Part shown: one piece after another, positions 39,177 to 49,412 of the stretch
Numbering within the stretch: the first letter of the stretch is position 1
Layout: each line of letters begins with the position of its first letter
From: a candidate division WOR-3 bacterium
GTDB taxonomy: Bacteria > Hydrothermota > Tepidihabitantia > B3-TA06
Length of the DNA stretch: 64,000 nt
Assembly: GCA_965649265.1 (NCBI GenBank)
Contig: CBFGKC010000003.1
Location: forward strand, 117,641-181,640
Reading direction: 5' to 3'
Notes under the pieces: model-generated
Told to the model about the DNA's origin: nothing
What the model saw: the letters and a program-made list of their open reading frames with translations, nothing else
Database searches by the model: none
Position numbers and translations under genes: made by a program

Positions 39177-41591
39177 TTACTTGCCGGACTTTCCTTTCTT
39201 GCCCGAGAGTGCGGCGTTCATCTGGGCCAGACGTTTTGCCACCTTTTCGAAGACCTTTGTTGAAGGAAGCCCGGTAAGTATCTCTATGCCTTCTTCTATT
39301 TTTCCCACCGCGTAAATGTGGAAGGAACCTTTCTTTACGGCCTCAACCACTTCGTCGCGAAGCATGAGGTTGGCGAGATTTGTCTCCGGGATCATGACAC
39401 CCTGGCTGCCCGAGAGACCCTTTGCCTTGCAGAGGCTGAAAAATCCCTCTATCTTCTCATTCACGCCGCCGATGGGCTGCACTACGCCAAGCTGGTTTAC
39501 CGAGCCTGTGACCGCGATGCTTTGCGTCAGGGGTACGTCTGCCAGGCTTGAGAGGAGTGAGTAGAGCTCGGCAGAGGAGGCGGAATCACCCTCAACCTCG
39601 TCGTAAAGCTGTTCGAAAGTCAGGCTTGCCGATAGGGGAAGGGGGTAGTCGCGCGCGAATTTGCCGCCGAGAAAACCGGAGATGATAAGAACACCCTTGT
39701 TGTGAATGGGACCGGCCATGCGAGTCTCGCGTTCAATCTGCATGACGCCCGACCGGCCGAGCCACGTGCGCGCCGTTATCTTCACGGGTTTGCCGAAAGA
39801 ATAATCACCCAGGGACATTACCGTGAGACCGTTTATCTCGCCGACCTTCTCGCCAGACACATCGATGATTATGGTCCCGCGGAGAATGAAATCTTCCAGC
39901 TTCTCTTCGATCATGCGACTGCGGTAGGTTTTCTCTTCAAGCGCCTTGCGGACGTGCTCAGCCCGGACCGTAGGCGAGTTGGCGTCCATGGCCCAGAAGC
40001 TGGCCTCGCTTGCGAGATCTGAGATGTGCAAGAAAAGGGTAGAGAGAAGTTTCTGATCCTCTGCAAGCCTTGAGCCGTATTCGATTACCTTGGCGAGGGC
40101 TTTCCTGTCGAACTCCCTCAAGCCGTCTTCGCGGCATCGGGCGGCCACGAATCGGGCGTAAGATATCTCGTTCTCGGTCGTTCGAGACATGGTTACGTCG
40201 AAGTCCGCCCTGATCTTGAAAAGCCTGCGGAAATCTTCGTCCAGTTCGTGGAGCATGCCGTAAATTTGCGGTGCGCCGATTAATATAACTTTGAAATCGA
40301 CCGGGATCGGCGAAGGTCTGAGGGTTTCTATTATGGCTCCTCGAACAACCTTCTCGGAAATGTTTTCGATCTTGGCTTCTTTTGAAAGCAGTGTGCGTTT
40401 CAAGGCTTCCCACGCGAATGGATCGGTCAGTAGCTCACGGGCAGGAATAATGAGATAGCCGCCGTTTGCGCGGTGTATGGAACCAGGCTTTATTTTGGAG
40501 AAATCGGTCACCATGTTGCCGGCCACATTGCGGTATTCAATCGCACCGAAGAGGTTGTAATAGTTCGGGTTATCCTCGTACACCACCGGTGAACCTTCCC
40601 TGCCGGAATTATCAACGAAGACGTTGACGTGGTAGCGCTCAAGAAGCGCCTTCAGGTGAGCCTGGGCATCGCCGTCTTCCTCCTGTTTCTTGAAAAGCTC
40701 TATGTGCCGGACGATATCTCGCTTCACCCAATTCAGATACTTGCTGAGTCTGGTCTCGTTCTTGTGTGTCTCCATGAGGGGGTCCAGGAGCTTGCCGAGG
40801 ACGTAGTATGAAACCTTGCGGTCATAGTCAAGCAGGGCTTCAGCTTCAGCTTCTTCGATGCGTCTGATCTCGCCAAGCATGTCTTCCGTAATCTGGGTAA
40901 GCTCCTGGCCTGTCTGGCGAATCTTTTCCTGCTCTTCAGCGGAAAGGGCCTGGAATTCCTGCTGCTCGAGGGGTCTGCCGTCCTTCAAAGGCAATGGGAC
41001 AAGCCCTGTGGGAGCACGTTGGATTCCGAATCCGCGCTTCAGTGCCTCGACGTTGAGGGCCTTGAACTGCTCCTCTTTTTTTGCCTCGAAGTCCTTGGTG
41101 ACCGTGTTGCGCTCCGTCGCGTATTCTTCGCTTGCAAAGACCTGCGGAATTTCCTCCCGGCACGACTTTACGAAATTATCCATCGCCGTGGCGAGCTGTT
41201 TTGCCACACCCGTTTTGAGACCTATGGATAGAGGTTCACCGGGATTCTCGAAGTTGTAGACGTATACCCAGTCAAGAGCGTTTTTTTCGTCTCTCGCTCG
41301 CTTGCGCACGATTGACATGACCGTGGTCATCTTGCCCGTTCCAATAGGTCCAGAAACGTAACAGTTGAAACCGCCCGTGCCGTGCGCGAGGGCGAAGTTT
41401 ATCGAGCGCACGCCGCGTTCCTGACCTATCGTGCCTTCAAGCGGTTCAAATCCACTGGTAGTCTCGGACGGAAACTTTGCCGGGTTCATGATGCGTGAAA
41501 GATTTTCAGGTGAAACACGCCTTTTTTCCTTCAATGAAATCGCCTTTGTAACAGTCCCCTTCTTTTTATCTCCAGATGTCTTTTTCTTCAT
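39177..41591 (-). CDS. Lon-like (LonC/AAA_32-type) ATP-dependent protease
   Basis: IGQERG, GPIGTGK, PGSIHRANGGYL, EGDSASSAE and GGVNEKIEGF Ser-Lys dyad. Confidence 0.92.
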   Translation of the reverse strand: MKKKTSGDKKKGTVTKAISLKEKRRVSPENLSRIMNPAKFPSETTSGFEPLEGTIGQERGVRSINFALAHGTGGFNCYVSGPIGTGKMTTVMSIVRKRARDEKNALDWVYVYNFENPGEPLSIGLKTGVAKQLATAMDNFVKSCREEIPQVFASEEYATERNTVTKDFEAKKEEQFKALNVEALKRGFGIQRAPTGLVPLPLKDGRPLEQQEFQALSAEEQEKIRQTGQELTQITEDMLGEIRRIEEAEAEALLDYDRKVSYYVLGKLLDPLMETHKNETRLSKYLNWVKRDIVRHIELFKKQEEDGDAQAHLKALLERYHVNVFVDNSGREGSPVVYEDNPNYYNLFGAIEYRNVAGNMVTDFSKIKPGSIHRANGGYLIIPARELLTDPFAWEALKRTLLSKEAKIENISEKVVRGAIIETLRPSPIPVDFKVILIGAPQIYGMLHELDEDFRRLFKIRADFDVTMSRTTENEISYARFVAARCREDGLREFDRKALAKVIEYGSRLAEDQKLLSTLFLHISDLASEASFWAMDANSPTVRAEHVRKALEEKTYRSRMIEEKLEDFILRGTIIIDVSGEKVGEINGLTVMSLGDYSFGKPVKITARTWLGRSGVMQIERETRMAGPIHNKGVLIISGFLGGKFARDYPLPLSASLTFEQLYDEVEGDSASSAELYSLLSSLADVPLTQSIAVTGSVNQLGVVQPIGGVNEKIEGFFSLCKAKGLSGSQGVMIPETNLANLMLRDEVVEAVKKGSFHIYAVGKIEEGIEILTGLPSTKVFEKVAKRLAQMNAALSGKKGKSGK

Positions 41592-41690
41592 GAACTAGTA
41601 TAAGAATGTCTTGCCGGGTTGTCAAATCAGTGAAAAGTAACGCCCAGGGCGGTCAGGATTAATTGAAAGTTGCCTGATCCCGATCCCGGA

Positions 41691-42110
41691 TCAGTGAACG
41701 ACAAGGACAGGACAGCCTGCGTTGTCAAGCACGCGCAGCGATGTGCTTCCGAGGGCTTTAACCTCTTTGGCGTGAAGACCACGGGAGCCTATCACGACAA
41801 GATCGAACGCTTCGTCCCTGACAATCCTCAAGATGGCTTCATCAGGTCTTTCATCGAAGACAAGCCTCTCGGACGGCTCAATGCCTGACCCCTCGAATAA
41901 TCTTGCCGCCGCATCAAGAATCTTTCGACCGTCCTCGTGCAGGGCGTCCTTGACCTCAGGGTTAATGTCCACCGAATACATCTCGGGGATGTAGGCGGCG
42001 TACACAAGCGTTAATCCCGAATTCATGCATTGCGCCATATCCCGCGCCATCCTTACGGCACGGAGTGAATTTTCAGAACCGTCCACGGCCACGAGAATCT
42101 TTTTAAACAT
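41691..42110 (-). CDS. Universal stress protein
   Basis: KKILVAVDGS, DLVVIGSRG, LGSTS..CPVLVV. Confidence 0.93.
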   Translation of the reverse strand: MFKKILVAVDGSENSLRAVRMARDMAQCMNSGLTLVYAAYIPEMYSVDINPEVKDALHEDGRKILDAAARLFEGSGIEPSERLVFDERPDEAILRIVRDEAFDLVVIGSRGLHAKEVKALGSTSLRVLDNAGCPVLVVH

Positions 42111-42140
42111 AAAGAATCCTATCCGGATTTACACCACAAG

Positions 42141-43139
42141 TCAAGAGCATCTAAGTACCGCGCCTCCCCGGATTCTGCTCTCCTTGACCGCCATAAGCGC
42201 CGCGTTTGCATCGTCCAGATCAAACAGCGACACCTCGGTTCTCAGAGGGATGCGGCCAGCGTAATCCAGAAGTTCCCTTACATCCCGGTGCGTGCTGTTG
42301 GCGACCGAGCGAAGGGTGCGCTCCCCGTAAATCGTCTCGTATCTCATCTTCGGGATATCCGTCATCGTTATTCCTGCAAGCGCCAGTGTTCCGCCCGGTT
42401 TAAGGTGCTCGAGCGCCGCAGGAACAAGAGGACCCGAAGGCGCGAAGATTATCCCCGCATCCAGGAGGGTGGGGGGGACCTCCTCCGCGCTTCCCGTCCA
42501 TTCGGCACCGAGAGTCCTTGCGAGCTCAAGATTTTCCCTGGTTCTTGAGAATACAAAGACCCTTATTCCAAGGAACCGCGCAACCTGTATCGTGACGTGC
42601 GCGGAGTTGCCGAATCCGTAAAGCCCGAGCACGTCACCCCTGCCCGCTCCGGAAAGCACGAGAGAACGGTAGCCTATGACACCGCCGCACATGAGGGGCG
42701 CGGCTTCGGCATCCCCTAACCCGGAAGGCAGCGGATAAGCGGAATCCTCCGGAACCACCACGTATCCGGCGTATCCTCCGTCGACGTGGAAGCCCGTGAA
42801 TCTCGCGTTCGTGCAGAGATTCTCTTTTCCCTTCATGCAAAACTCGCACTTCCCGCACGTTTCGTATAGCCAGGGCACTCCGACTCGCCGGCCTGTTATA
42901 TCCTTGCGAACCCCTTCTCCCGGCTCGTCCACCACCCCTACAATCTCGTGTCCCGGAACGAGGGGAAGCCTTGGCAAGACAAGATCCCCCTCCACGATGT
43001 GAAGATCGGTGTGACATACCCCGCATACGGAAATCTTGATCCTGACCTGTCCCGGGCCGGGTTCCGGCTCCGGCAACTCGACCATCTTCAGCGGGCACTT
43101 GTCCACGGCCGCTGCCTTCTCCAAAAGCATTGCCTTCAT
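42141..43139 (-). CDS. Zinc-dependent alcohol dehydrogenase family protein
   Basis: CGVCHTD, GHEIVG, CGKCEFC..C, GLYGFG. Confidence 0.93.
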   Translation of the reverse strand: MKAMLLEKAAAVDKCPLKMVELPEPEPGPGQVRIKISVCGVCHTDLHIVEGDLVLPRLPLVPGHEIVGVVDEPGEGVRKDITGRRVGVPWLYETCGKCEFCMKGKENLCTNARFTGFHVDGGYAGYVVVPEDSAYPLPSGLGDAEAAPLMCGGVIGYRSLVLSGAGRGDVLGLYGFGNSAHVTIQVARFLGIRVFVFSRTRENLELARTLGAEWTGSAEEVPPTLLDAGIIFAPSGPLVPAALEHLKPGGTLALAGITMTDIPKMRYETIYGERTLRSVANSTHRDVRELLDYAGRIPLRTEVSLFDLDDANAALMAVKESRIRGGAVLRCS

Positions 43140-43211
43140 ATCATCCTAGGATAAATCCATAATCAACAAAGTCAAGCTTGACATCACCTGTCATTATCCT
43201 AGACTCAACCA

Positions 43212-44432
43212 ATGATTCTGACAATCCTAAGCCTCTTGTGCTCGAGCCATGAAGCAACCGAGTTCGGGTCCTTATCCCGGGAATGGGCCCAGGAGGCTCG
43301 AAGAGAAGGATGGCGAATCGATTCAACCGATGCGGAGGTTTTAGAGGAAACGATGCGGGACTTTGGTCCGTACCTCGAATCCGTTATAGGCAAGGCAAAG
43401 CTCTCAAGGGTCGAAAGAAGGATAAAAACGCCTTACGACGTCTCAGACGCACTCGATAAGGTCACCGGAAGGCGCTTCGGCGAGTATTATCCCTCCTTTT
43501 ACTCTTACTGCGAATCGGAAAGCCGCATATCCGATACTTCGTGGCTCTCGCGCGAGAGCGAGCACTTCATATTTCTCTACCATCCGGGAAGCCGGGCTGC
43601 CCAGGACGTGGCACTTATCGAAAAGGTCTGCGAGCAGGCCTTTGATGATATAACGGGCATCCTTTCCCCTGACTCGTCTCAACGTTCGAGGCTGGAAAGG
43701 GTAATCATGACGGGAGGTCAGGAGCCTTACTACTCCGGCGGGAAAATCCCTGTCAGGCTGCACCCGAATCGTTCAGGCGTCGGCGGATACGAGGAGTCGT
43801 CGGGCGGACAGACCGGTTTTCGCCCGGTATGGTTCGCCGATACGGTCGGCTACGCCTTGTGGATTAACCTCGGGTATCCCGGTCCCGTAGGCCTTTTCGG
43901 AATTCCCCACGAGGTTGCGCATTCACTCGCGCTTCTCTATCTTTCAAACGAGGCTCTCCTTGCAGGCCTCATGAGGGGTGGCGCAAACGTCACCTCAAAC
44001 AAGCTGAGGGCTGCGGTTCTGCCTGACGATCTCCTGCGGCTGGAGGGCTGGGCTTACATGATTCAGAACAACTACTCCGCCTACGTCCGCCTGAATCTCT
44101 GGCGCTCATCGCGCGAAGCCATGGCCTCCGCGTCGGCACGTTTCGGATTTCCCGACGCGTTCAACCTCTTAAACGGCGAAGTCTCAAAAACCGCTCTCGA
44201 ACGCACACTCTCCGTGCTCGGTATGGATAAGTCCGTTGACTACGCCGAAAGGATGCGGTACTTCTTCTCCGCCGCGGACATGATCCGCTATCTCTATGAA
44301 CGCTACGGTTCCGAAAAGCTTGCACGCTTCCTTGCCGACCAGCGCGAACCCATGGAGGCACTTCTTGCCGTCTACTCTCTGACGCCCTACGCACTCGAGG
44401 ATGACTGGAAGAAGGATGTTGTTTCTGAATAA
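43212..44432 (+). CDS. Secreted zincin-like (peptidase MA-like) protein
   Basis: ESEHFIF, HEVAH, downstream EGWA, YLYERYG..L pattern. Confidence 0.55.
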   Translation: MILTILSLLCSSHEATEFGSLSREWAQEARREGWRIDSTDAEVLEETMRDFGPYLESVIGKAKLSRVERRIKTPYDVSDALDKVTGRRFGEYYPSFYSYCESESRISDTSWLSRESEHFIFLYHPGSRAAQDVALIEKVCEQAFDDITGILSPDSSQRSRLERVIMTGGQEPYYSGGKIPVRLHPNRSGVGGYEESSGGQTGFRPVWFADTVGYALWINLGYPGPVGLFGIPHEVAHSLALLYLSNEALLAGLMRGGANVTSNKLRAAVLPDDLLRLEGWAYMIQNNYSAYVRLNLWRSSREAMASASARFGFPDAFNLLNGEVSKTALERTLSVLGMDKSVDYAERMRYFFSAADMIRYLYERYGSEKLARFLADQREPMEALLAVYSLTPYALEDDWKKDVVSE

Positions 44433-44706
44433 GAAGGATTCGACGCCTGGAGAAGCCTGGTACGTTTACATCCTTCAGTGTTCGGACGGCTCCCTTTACA
44501 CCGGCGTCGCAAAGGATGTATTCGTGCGGCTTGCCGAGCACAACTCGGGCAAGGGTGCGCGCTATACCCGGAGTCGCAAGCCCTGTCTCCTTAGATTCTT
44601 CGAGCGCCACCCGACCCGTTCGAGCGCGCAGGCCGAAGAGGCGAGGATCAAGCGCATGTCGCGCGATGAGAAGATTGCATTCCTGAGCCGCTGCCCGGCG
44701 GAGTAA
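44416..44706 (+). CDS. Small GIY-YIG nuclease (YhbQ/UPF0213-like)
   Basis: WYVYILQCSDGSLYTG, RLAEHNSGKGARYTR, EARIK. Confidence 0.9.
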   Translation: MLFLNKKDSTPGEAWYVYILQCSDGSLYTGVAKDVFVRLAEHNSGKGARYTRSRKPCLLRFFERHPTRSSAQAEEARIKRMSRDEKIAFLSRCPAE

Positions 44707-44884
44707 GCCCTCCTCCCCCTCCTCAGCAGAATTCCATTCTGCCCATGCGCCCCCGGCGCTAGCCCCCCCTCAGAAACTCTTAGCGAATATCTTTTTCTTA
44801 TTTGAGATGTTTCTCACGAAGTGGAGTTTTACATCCAAGCGATAATATTCAAGCAAAACTTCTCATGGCACCCGGCGCTATCAT

Positions 44885-45127
44885 TGATGTGTAAATATGA
44901 AGTGGCGGAAGCAGAGCTTGCGCCCGGCGCCCCTGGCGCTCATCATTTGATGTGTAAATATGAAGTGGCGGAAGCAGAGCTTGCGCCCGGCGCCCCTGGC
45001 GCTCATCATTTGATATGTAGATGTGAATGGCGGAAGCGAAGCTTGCGCCCAGCGCCCCTGGCGCTCATCATTTGATATGTAGATGTGAATGGCGGAAGCG
45101 AAGCTTGCGCCCAGCGCCCCTGGCGCT
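44885..45127 (+). repeat. Tandem array of four 62-63 bp hairpin-rich units (A-A-B-B)
   Basis: Units start at 44885, 44948, 45011 and 45073; units 1=2 and 3=4 (last unit truncated); no spacers. Confidence 0.9.
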
Positions 45128-45412
45128 AGCCCTCCCCGCCTTCCTCAGTCCTCCTCAGTAACCTTCTTAACGACTCCATGGTTTTTGGGAAATTATCCAG
45201 AAGCCATTCGGTCGAACGAAATTCAACATGCCGGATTCAAGTCGCTGTCCATCGCTTCGGTTTCCCTAAGATTCCCTGGTTTACCTGCCCATCCTTGACA
45301 ATCAAATCAAATATTGTATCATCTTTTGTCAAGCTCGTACCCGGAGGTATGTATCGACACAATCATCATTCTGGAAAGTTGCAGCTTTTTAAAGGTTCTG
45401 CGGAAGTGAAAA

Positions 45413-46177
45413 GTGAGGCTGAAATCATTTCTTGCCTGTCTGTCGGGCCTTCTTGTTGTTTCGATGGCATGTCCGGCAAGGAAATCTGACATGACGACGA
45501 GTTCCGATTTTCGAATAATCATCCTTGACGGTGACTGGCAAAGCCTGAACCTGGGATACGAGTCCGGCAACGCGGTCTCGACACTCAAGACTCTCGACAC
45601 ATCTAAGGCGCTTTTTACGTTAAACCTCGACGCGATCGAAAGCTACGACTGGGACAAGCAGAAGATTACCCTTACGCAGGACGCGACCAATGCGCTTGCG
45701 CAAAGCCTTGAAAAGGCAGGCAGACTGACAGATGGGGTCGAGAAGCTGAAGAGTCTCAAAAACAGCATGGGCTGGGGAAATCCGCTCCAGTCAGCGTTGT
45801 ACACTCGCGTATTTCTGATCGAACTCAACGAAGATATCCTTTACTGCGGTATCTTTCTGGACGCGACCTCGCAAATGCCCATCAACTATCCGGTCGCAAG
45901 GGTAATGCTCGATGGCGGCAAGGCCGTGATCGCGCTTCTTCCTATACACATCCCTTTCGTTAACGAGGACCCGGTTGACGGTTCAGGAAATATCCGCGGT
46001 CTTGTCGTAACAGATGAGGCCAGGGCAGATATTGCGGATTTGAATCGCAAGGACTCGTTTGCAGACAAGTGGATCTGCAACCTGGCAACGAGCCCCGGGG
46101 CGGTCGAGCACCGCAAACTGCAGAGGGACCCGAGAATCAAAAGGATTCTGGAAGCCTCGGGTAAAATCGGCGAGTAA
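45413..46177 (+). CDS. Hypothetical lipoprotein
   Basis: GTG start, SMAC lipobox, upstream TTGACA-N16-TATCAT. Confidence 0.65.
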   Translation: MRLKSFLACLSGLLVVSMACPARKSDMTTSSDFRIIILDGDWQSLNLGYESGNAVSTLKTLDTSKALFTLNLDAIESYDWDKQKITLTQDATNALAQSLEKAGRLTDGVEKLKSLKNSMGWGNPLQSALYTRVFLIELNEDILYCGIFLDATSQMPINYPVARVMLDGGKAVIALLPIHIPFVNEDPVDGSGNIRGLVVTDEARADIADLNRKDSFADKWICNLATSPGAVEHRKLQRDPRIKRILEASGKIGE

Positions 46178-46312
46178 AATGCCACTCAGGGCAATCATTA
46201 AAAAAGCTATCACGAGCGATACTTTTAGTTAATATTCCTTGATTCACCCCTTGACAAAGTTGCCTTAAGGGTTATTATTTTTTACACAATCATCCAACCG
46301 GAGGAGCGTAAA

Positions 46313-47764
46313 ATGAAAAAATTCTTCATTATATTATTTGCAGCTATAGTGGGAGCGTTGGCGGTCGAGTGGGATGTGGAGCAGGTTACACCGGCATCCG
46401 AGCCTTACAACTACTGCCCTGTTCTTGCCCTGGATGACCAGGGATCGGCATACATCCTCTACTACCAGTGGAACGAGCAACCTCTTCTCAAGGTGGCATC
46501 CAACGCAACCGGCGCGTGGAAGACGAGAATGGTTACTCACCTGACCGAAGCCTTCGGTGAGATTTTCAGCATCGATGTCGACTCAACGGGTCATCCGTAT
46601 GCCGCTTACATGGACTCGGCCGGTCCGGGCAAGTACGATATATTCCTTGCGACCGATACCACGGGCATGTTCGCATCGTACAATCTGACCGACGATGAAG
46701 CTTACGATTGGGCGCCCGTCATAAGAATCGGGAATTTCGATCACATCAATCTGATTTACATAAGCCAGATGCAGCTTTACTGGAACTGGTTTTCCATAAA
46801 CGATTCTTTAATGCAGCCGACAACCTCCAACCTGAATCAGGAAGGCTACCTTGGCAACGATATCGCTTTTTTTGAGGGCGAAACTTCAATGAATGACAGG
46901 TACTGCGCTCTTTATATAGGCGATGACGGCTTTTTGTGGCTGACTCAATACAACATAGTAAATCTCGGACTGAACCAGAGTACGGAGCACTGGAACGAGT
47001 CGAAGGTCAGCAACGAAACGAGCTTCTGGCCTTCGGCAGAGTTCGACGGGTCCGGCTATCTACATGTCGCTTTCACTGGCGGATTTTATCCTAGTACGAT
47101 CCGTTACGGGACGAACCCGGCGCCGAATACGGTTTACGAAGCGGCGTCGACCACGGGTCCGGAGGAAACCATGAACGAACGTCCCTCTCTCACTCTCGGA
47201 CCGTCCGGAGACCCCCACATCGCATGGATGCGCTCGCTGCAAGTAAACGATACCGTCTGGCAGTACGATATCTACTACACTCATAAAACGCAGTCGGGCT
47301 GGGAGGAGGAGGCCGTGACCTCCACACTCGATCGTGACGAGAGACCCGGCTACGGTCATTACTTCGCGATAGACGCCCAGGGTTACGGTCACATTGTATG
47401 GTCTGCGCCCGACACCACGGACTGGATCGATCACATCTTTCATGCAAAATCAAAGACCCCGATTGCATCAGGCATAGTCGAAAACCCTCCTCCTTACCTT
47501 CCTCGCCCTCCACTGAACCTCCTCCTCTCACTCGAGACATACGGTTACGCAATCGCCTTCGACCTTCCCCGAGCCTGCCAGGTGAGTCTGGCGCTCTACG
47601 ATGCGTCGGGCCGGCTGGTCGAAAAACTGGCTTCAGGTCTCTATCCTGCGGGCAGACACACAATCGAACTCGGCACCCTGGAACATTCAGGAGGAGTTTA
47701 TTTCGTAAGAGGCGAGATCGAGGGGCAGAAGGTAGGCACAAAACTCATCGTCTACAAGAAATAA
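46313..47764 (+). CDS. Secreted beta-propeller-repeat protein with T9SS C-terminal domain (family copy 1)
   Basis: Signal ..ALAVEW; PSLxLDxxGxPHI repeats; FAIDAQGYGHI; LYDASGRLV..GVYFVR tail. Confidence 0.78.
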   Translation: MKKFFIILFAAIVGALAVEWDVEQVTPASEPYNYCPVLALDDQGSAYILYYQWNEQPLLKVASNATGAWKTRMVTHLTEAFGEIFSIDVDSTGHPYAAYMDSAGPGKYDIFLATDTTGMFASYNLTDDEAYDWAPVIRIGNFDHINLIYISQMQLYWNWFSINDSLMQPTTSNLNQEGYLGNDIAFFEGETSMNDRYCALYIGDDGFLWLTQYNIVNLGLNQSTEHWNESKVSNETSFWPSAEFDGSGYLHVAFTGGFYPSTIRYGTNPAPNTVYEAASTTGPEETMNERPSLTLGPSGDPHIAWMRSLQVNDTVWQYDIYYTHKTQSGWEEEAVTSTLDRDERPGYGHYFAIDAQGYGHIVWSAPDTTDWIDHIFHAKSKTPIASGIVENPPPYLPRPPLNLLLSLETYGYAIAFDLPRACQVSLALYDASGRLVEKLASGLYPAGRHTIELGTLEHSGGVYFVRGEIEGQKVGTKLIVYKK

Positions 47765-47776
47765 ACAAGGGGAAAA

Positions 47777-49135
47777 GTGAAACTCTTCTTTGTGATTTTT
47801 ACCGTCGGTGCCTGCTGCCTGACCGCGGTACAGTGGGAGTACGAAAAGGTTTTCGACGAAACTGAAATGTATTCCCATGGTTCGAAGATTGCACTTGACG
47901 GGAACGATGCCCCGTACATACTATATTCCGCAGGGGAGTCCGAGGATCATGTCTACATCCTCAGGCTAGTAGAGCCTGAGGGCGAGAATCGGAATATCCT
48001 TGTTATTGACACGGTGCCCATATACAAGCTCACCTTCAGTTTTGATATCAATCCCGATAACGACGTCGTTATCGCTTACACCGATACGGTAATCCCTGGA
48101 ATCAGCGAGCTTTACCTTGCGACATATCACGAAGGCGCTTTCGATTACGTCAATCTTACCGATAACTGGGTGCTTAAGCTTCGCCCGATAGTTCATGTGG
48201 GATCGGACGGGATTGTAAGGCTTGTTTATCTCGAGTTTATCGGCAATGTTGCCGATTTGCGCTACGGGTGGTACGACGGCGAGACCTTTGAATCGGAATC
48301 TATACGGGACAGCACGGATTCCTATGGTAACGGATTCGATTTCTGTCTGGATGCCGCCAATCAGCCGCACGTATTTTTCATCGGCGACGACTACAATCTG
48401 CGGCACGCAACCCGGGCAGGAGCAGATAACTGGACGAGCAGTACGCTGGGAATGAAGGGATACCATCCCTCGGTTGCAATGGACAAGAAAGGTAACTTTC
48501 ATATAGGCTGCGAGGATCCGCCAGATATAGGCTACCTGACCGATGCCTCAGGGTCGTGGACCGCGGAAACGGTGGCCGTTTCCGAAGGCGATGTGGACTG
48601 GATCCTGCCCTCTATTGCCCTGGACCCCCAGGACAACCCCCACATGATATGGTATACATGGATGGCTCCCTATCACCAGCCTGCCGACATCGATATCTGG
48701 TTCTCCTCCAGAACCGACGGCTCATGGAGCGAACTGGAAGCCCTTCCTCCCGATCAGTCCAAGACACTCGGTGATTTCCGGATTGACCAGGAAGGCTACG
48801 GGTATGCATGCTATTCCATATATAAAGACTTGTACTACGCGAAAACGACCGAACCCCTGGCAGGGGGGGTAGTAGAGGCCGAACCCGGCATTGCGCCGGT
48901 TTCAATGGTTGTGTCGGGCAGCCGACTGCGTTTCGACTTGCCGCAGCCGGGCAATATCGCCATCTCCATTTACGACGCATCAGGCAGGATGATCGATAAG
49001 CCGGCAACAGGATACTACCCGGCGGGTCAGAACGAGATGATTTTCAACACGAGCGCTTTTCCGGCGGGTGTCTACTTCGCGAGGCTGGAGTGGGGCGGCT
49101 CGTCGGCAAAAGCAAGGATGGTCTTAATCAAATAG
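47777..49135 (+). CDS. Secreted beta-propeller-repeat protein with T9SS C-terminal domain (copy 2)
   Basis: LTAVQW, FRIDQEGYG, IYDASGRM..GVYFARL. Confidence 0.78.
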   Translation: MKLFFVIFTVGACCLTAVQWEYEKVFDETEMYSHGSKIALDGNDAPYILYSAGESEDHVYILRLVEPEGENRNILVIDTVPIYKLTFSFDINPDNDVVIAYTDTVIPGISELYLATYHEGAFDYVNLTDNWVLKLRPIVHVGSDGIVRLVYLEFIGNVADLRYGWYDGETFESESIRDSTDSYGNGFDFCLDAANQPHVFFIGDDYNLRHATRAGADNWTSSTLGMKGYHPSVAMDKKGNFHIGCEDPPDIGYLTDASGSWTAETVAVSEGDVDWILPSIALDPQDNPHMIWYTWMAPYHQPADIDIWFSSRTDGSWSELEALPPDQSKTLGDFRIDQEGYGYACYSIYKDLYYAKTTEPLAGGVVEAEPGIAPVSMVVSGSRLRFDLPQPGNIAISIYDASGRMIDKPATGYYPAGQNEMIFNTSAFPAGVYFARLEWGGSSAKARMVLIK

Positions 49136-49160
49136 ATGCCGTGAGGATGATTGAGGAGGG

Positions 49161-49258
49161 CTAGCGCCAGAGGCGCTGGGCGCAAGCTCCGCTTCCGCCA
49201 CTTCATATTTACGCATCAATGACAGTGCCGGAGGCGCATTGGCAGAATGGGATTCTGC
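49161..49258 (-). repeat. Inverted solo copy of the 63-bp unit plus its left flank
   Basis: Reverse complement reads GCAGAATCCCATTCTGCCAATGCGCC...TGATGCGTAAATATGAAGTGGCGGAAGCGGAGCTTGCGCCCAGCGCCTCTGGCGCTAG, matching 44726-44762 and the array. Confidence 0.85.
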
Positions 49259-49412
49259 AGATGGGGGCTCGAGGAGGACTCAAGGAGGGTAACAGGCGGC
49301 GTTTCGAATAAACTTGCCGCCGGAATAGGAATCTATACCTTTGTGGTAAGTAAAAAAACGATTCTGTAATAAACTGCAGGATCCAAAACTCTAACGTGGT
49401 TATGGAGGAAAC

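Noticed and set aside
44885-45127. CRISPR array
   Set aside because: Units are contiguous with no unique spacers, are 62-63 bp long, and no cas genes are present.
44821-45298. ORFs with 21-aa repeats over the array
   Set aside because: They are by-products of the 63-bp period; the frame breaks at the 62-bp units and there is no RBS.
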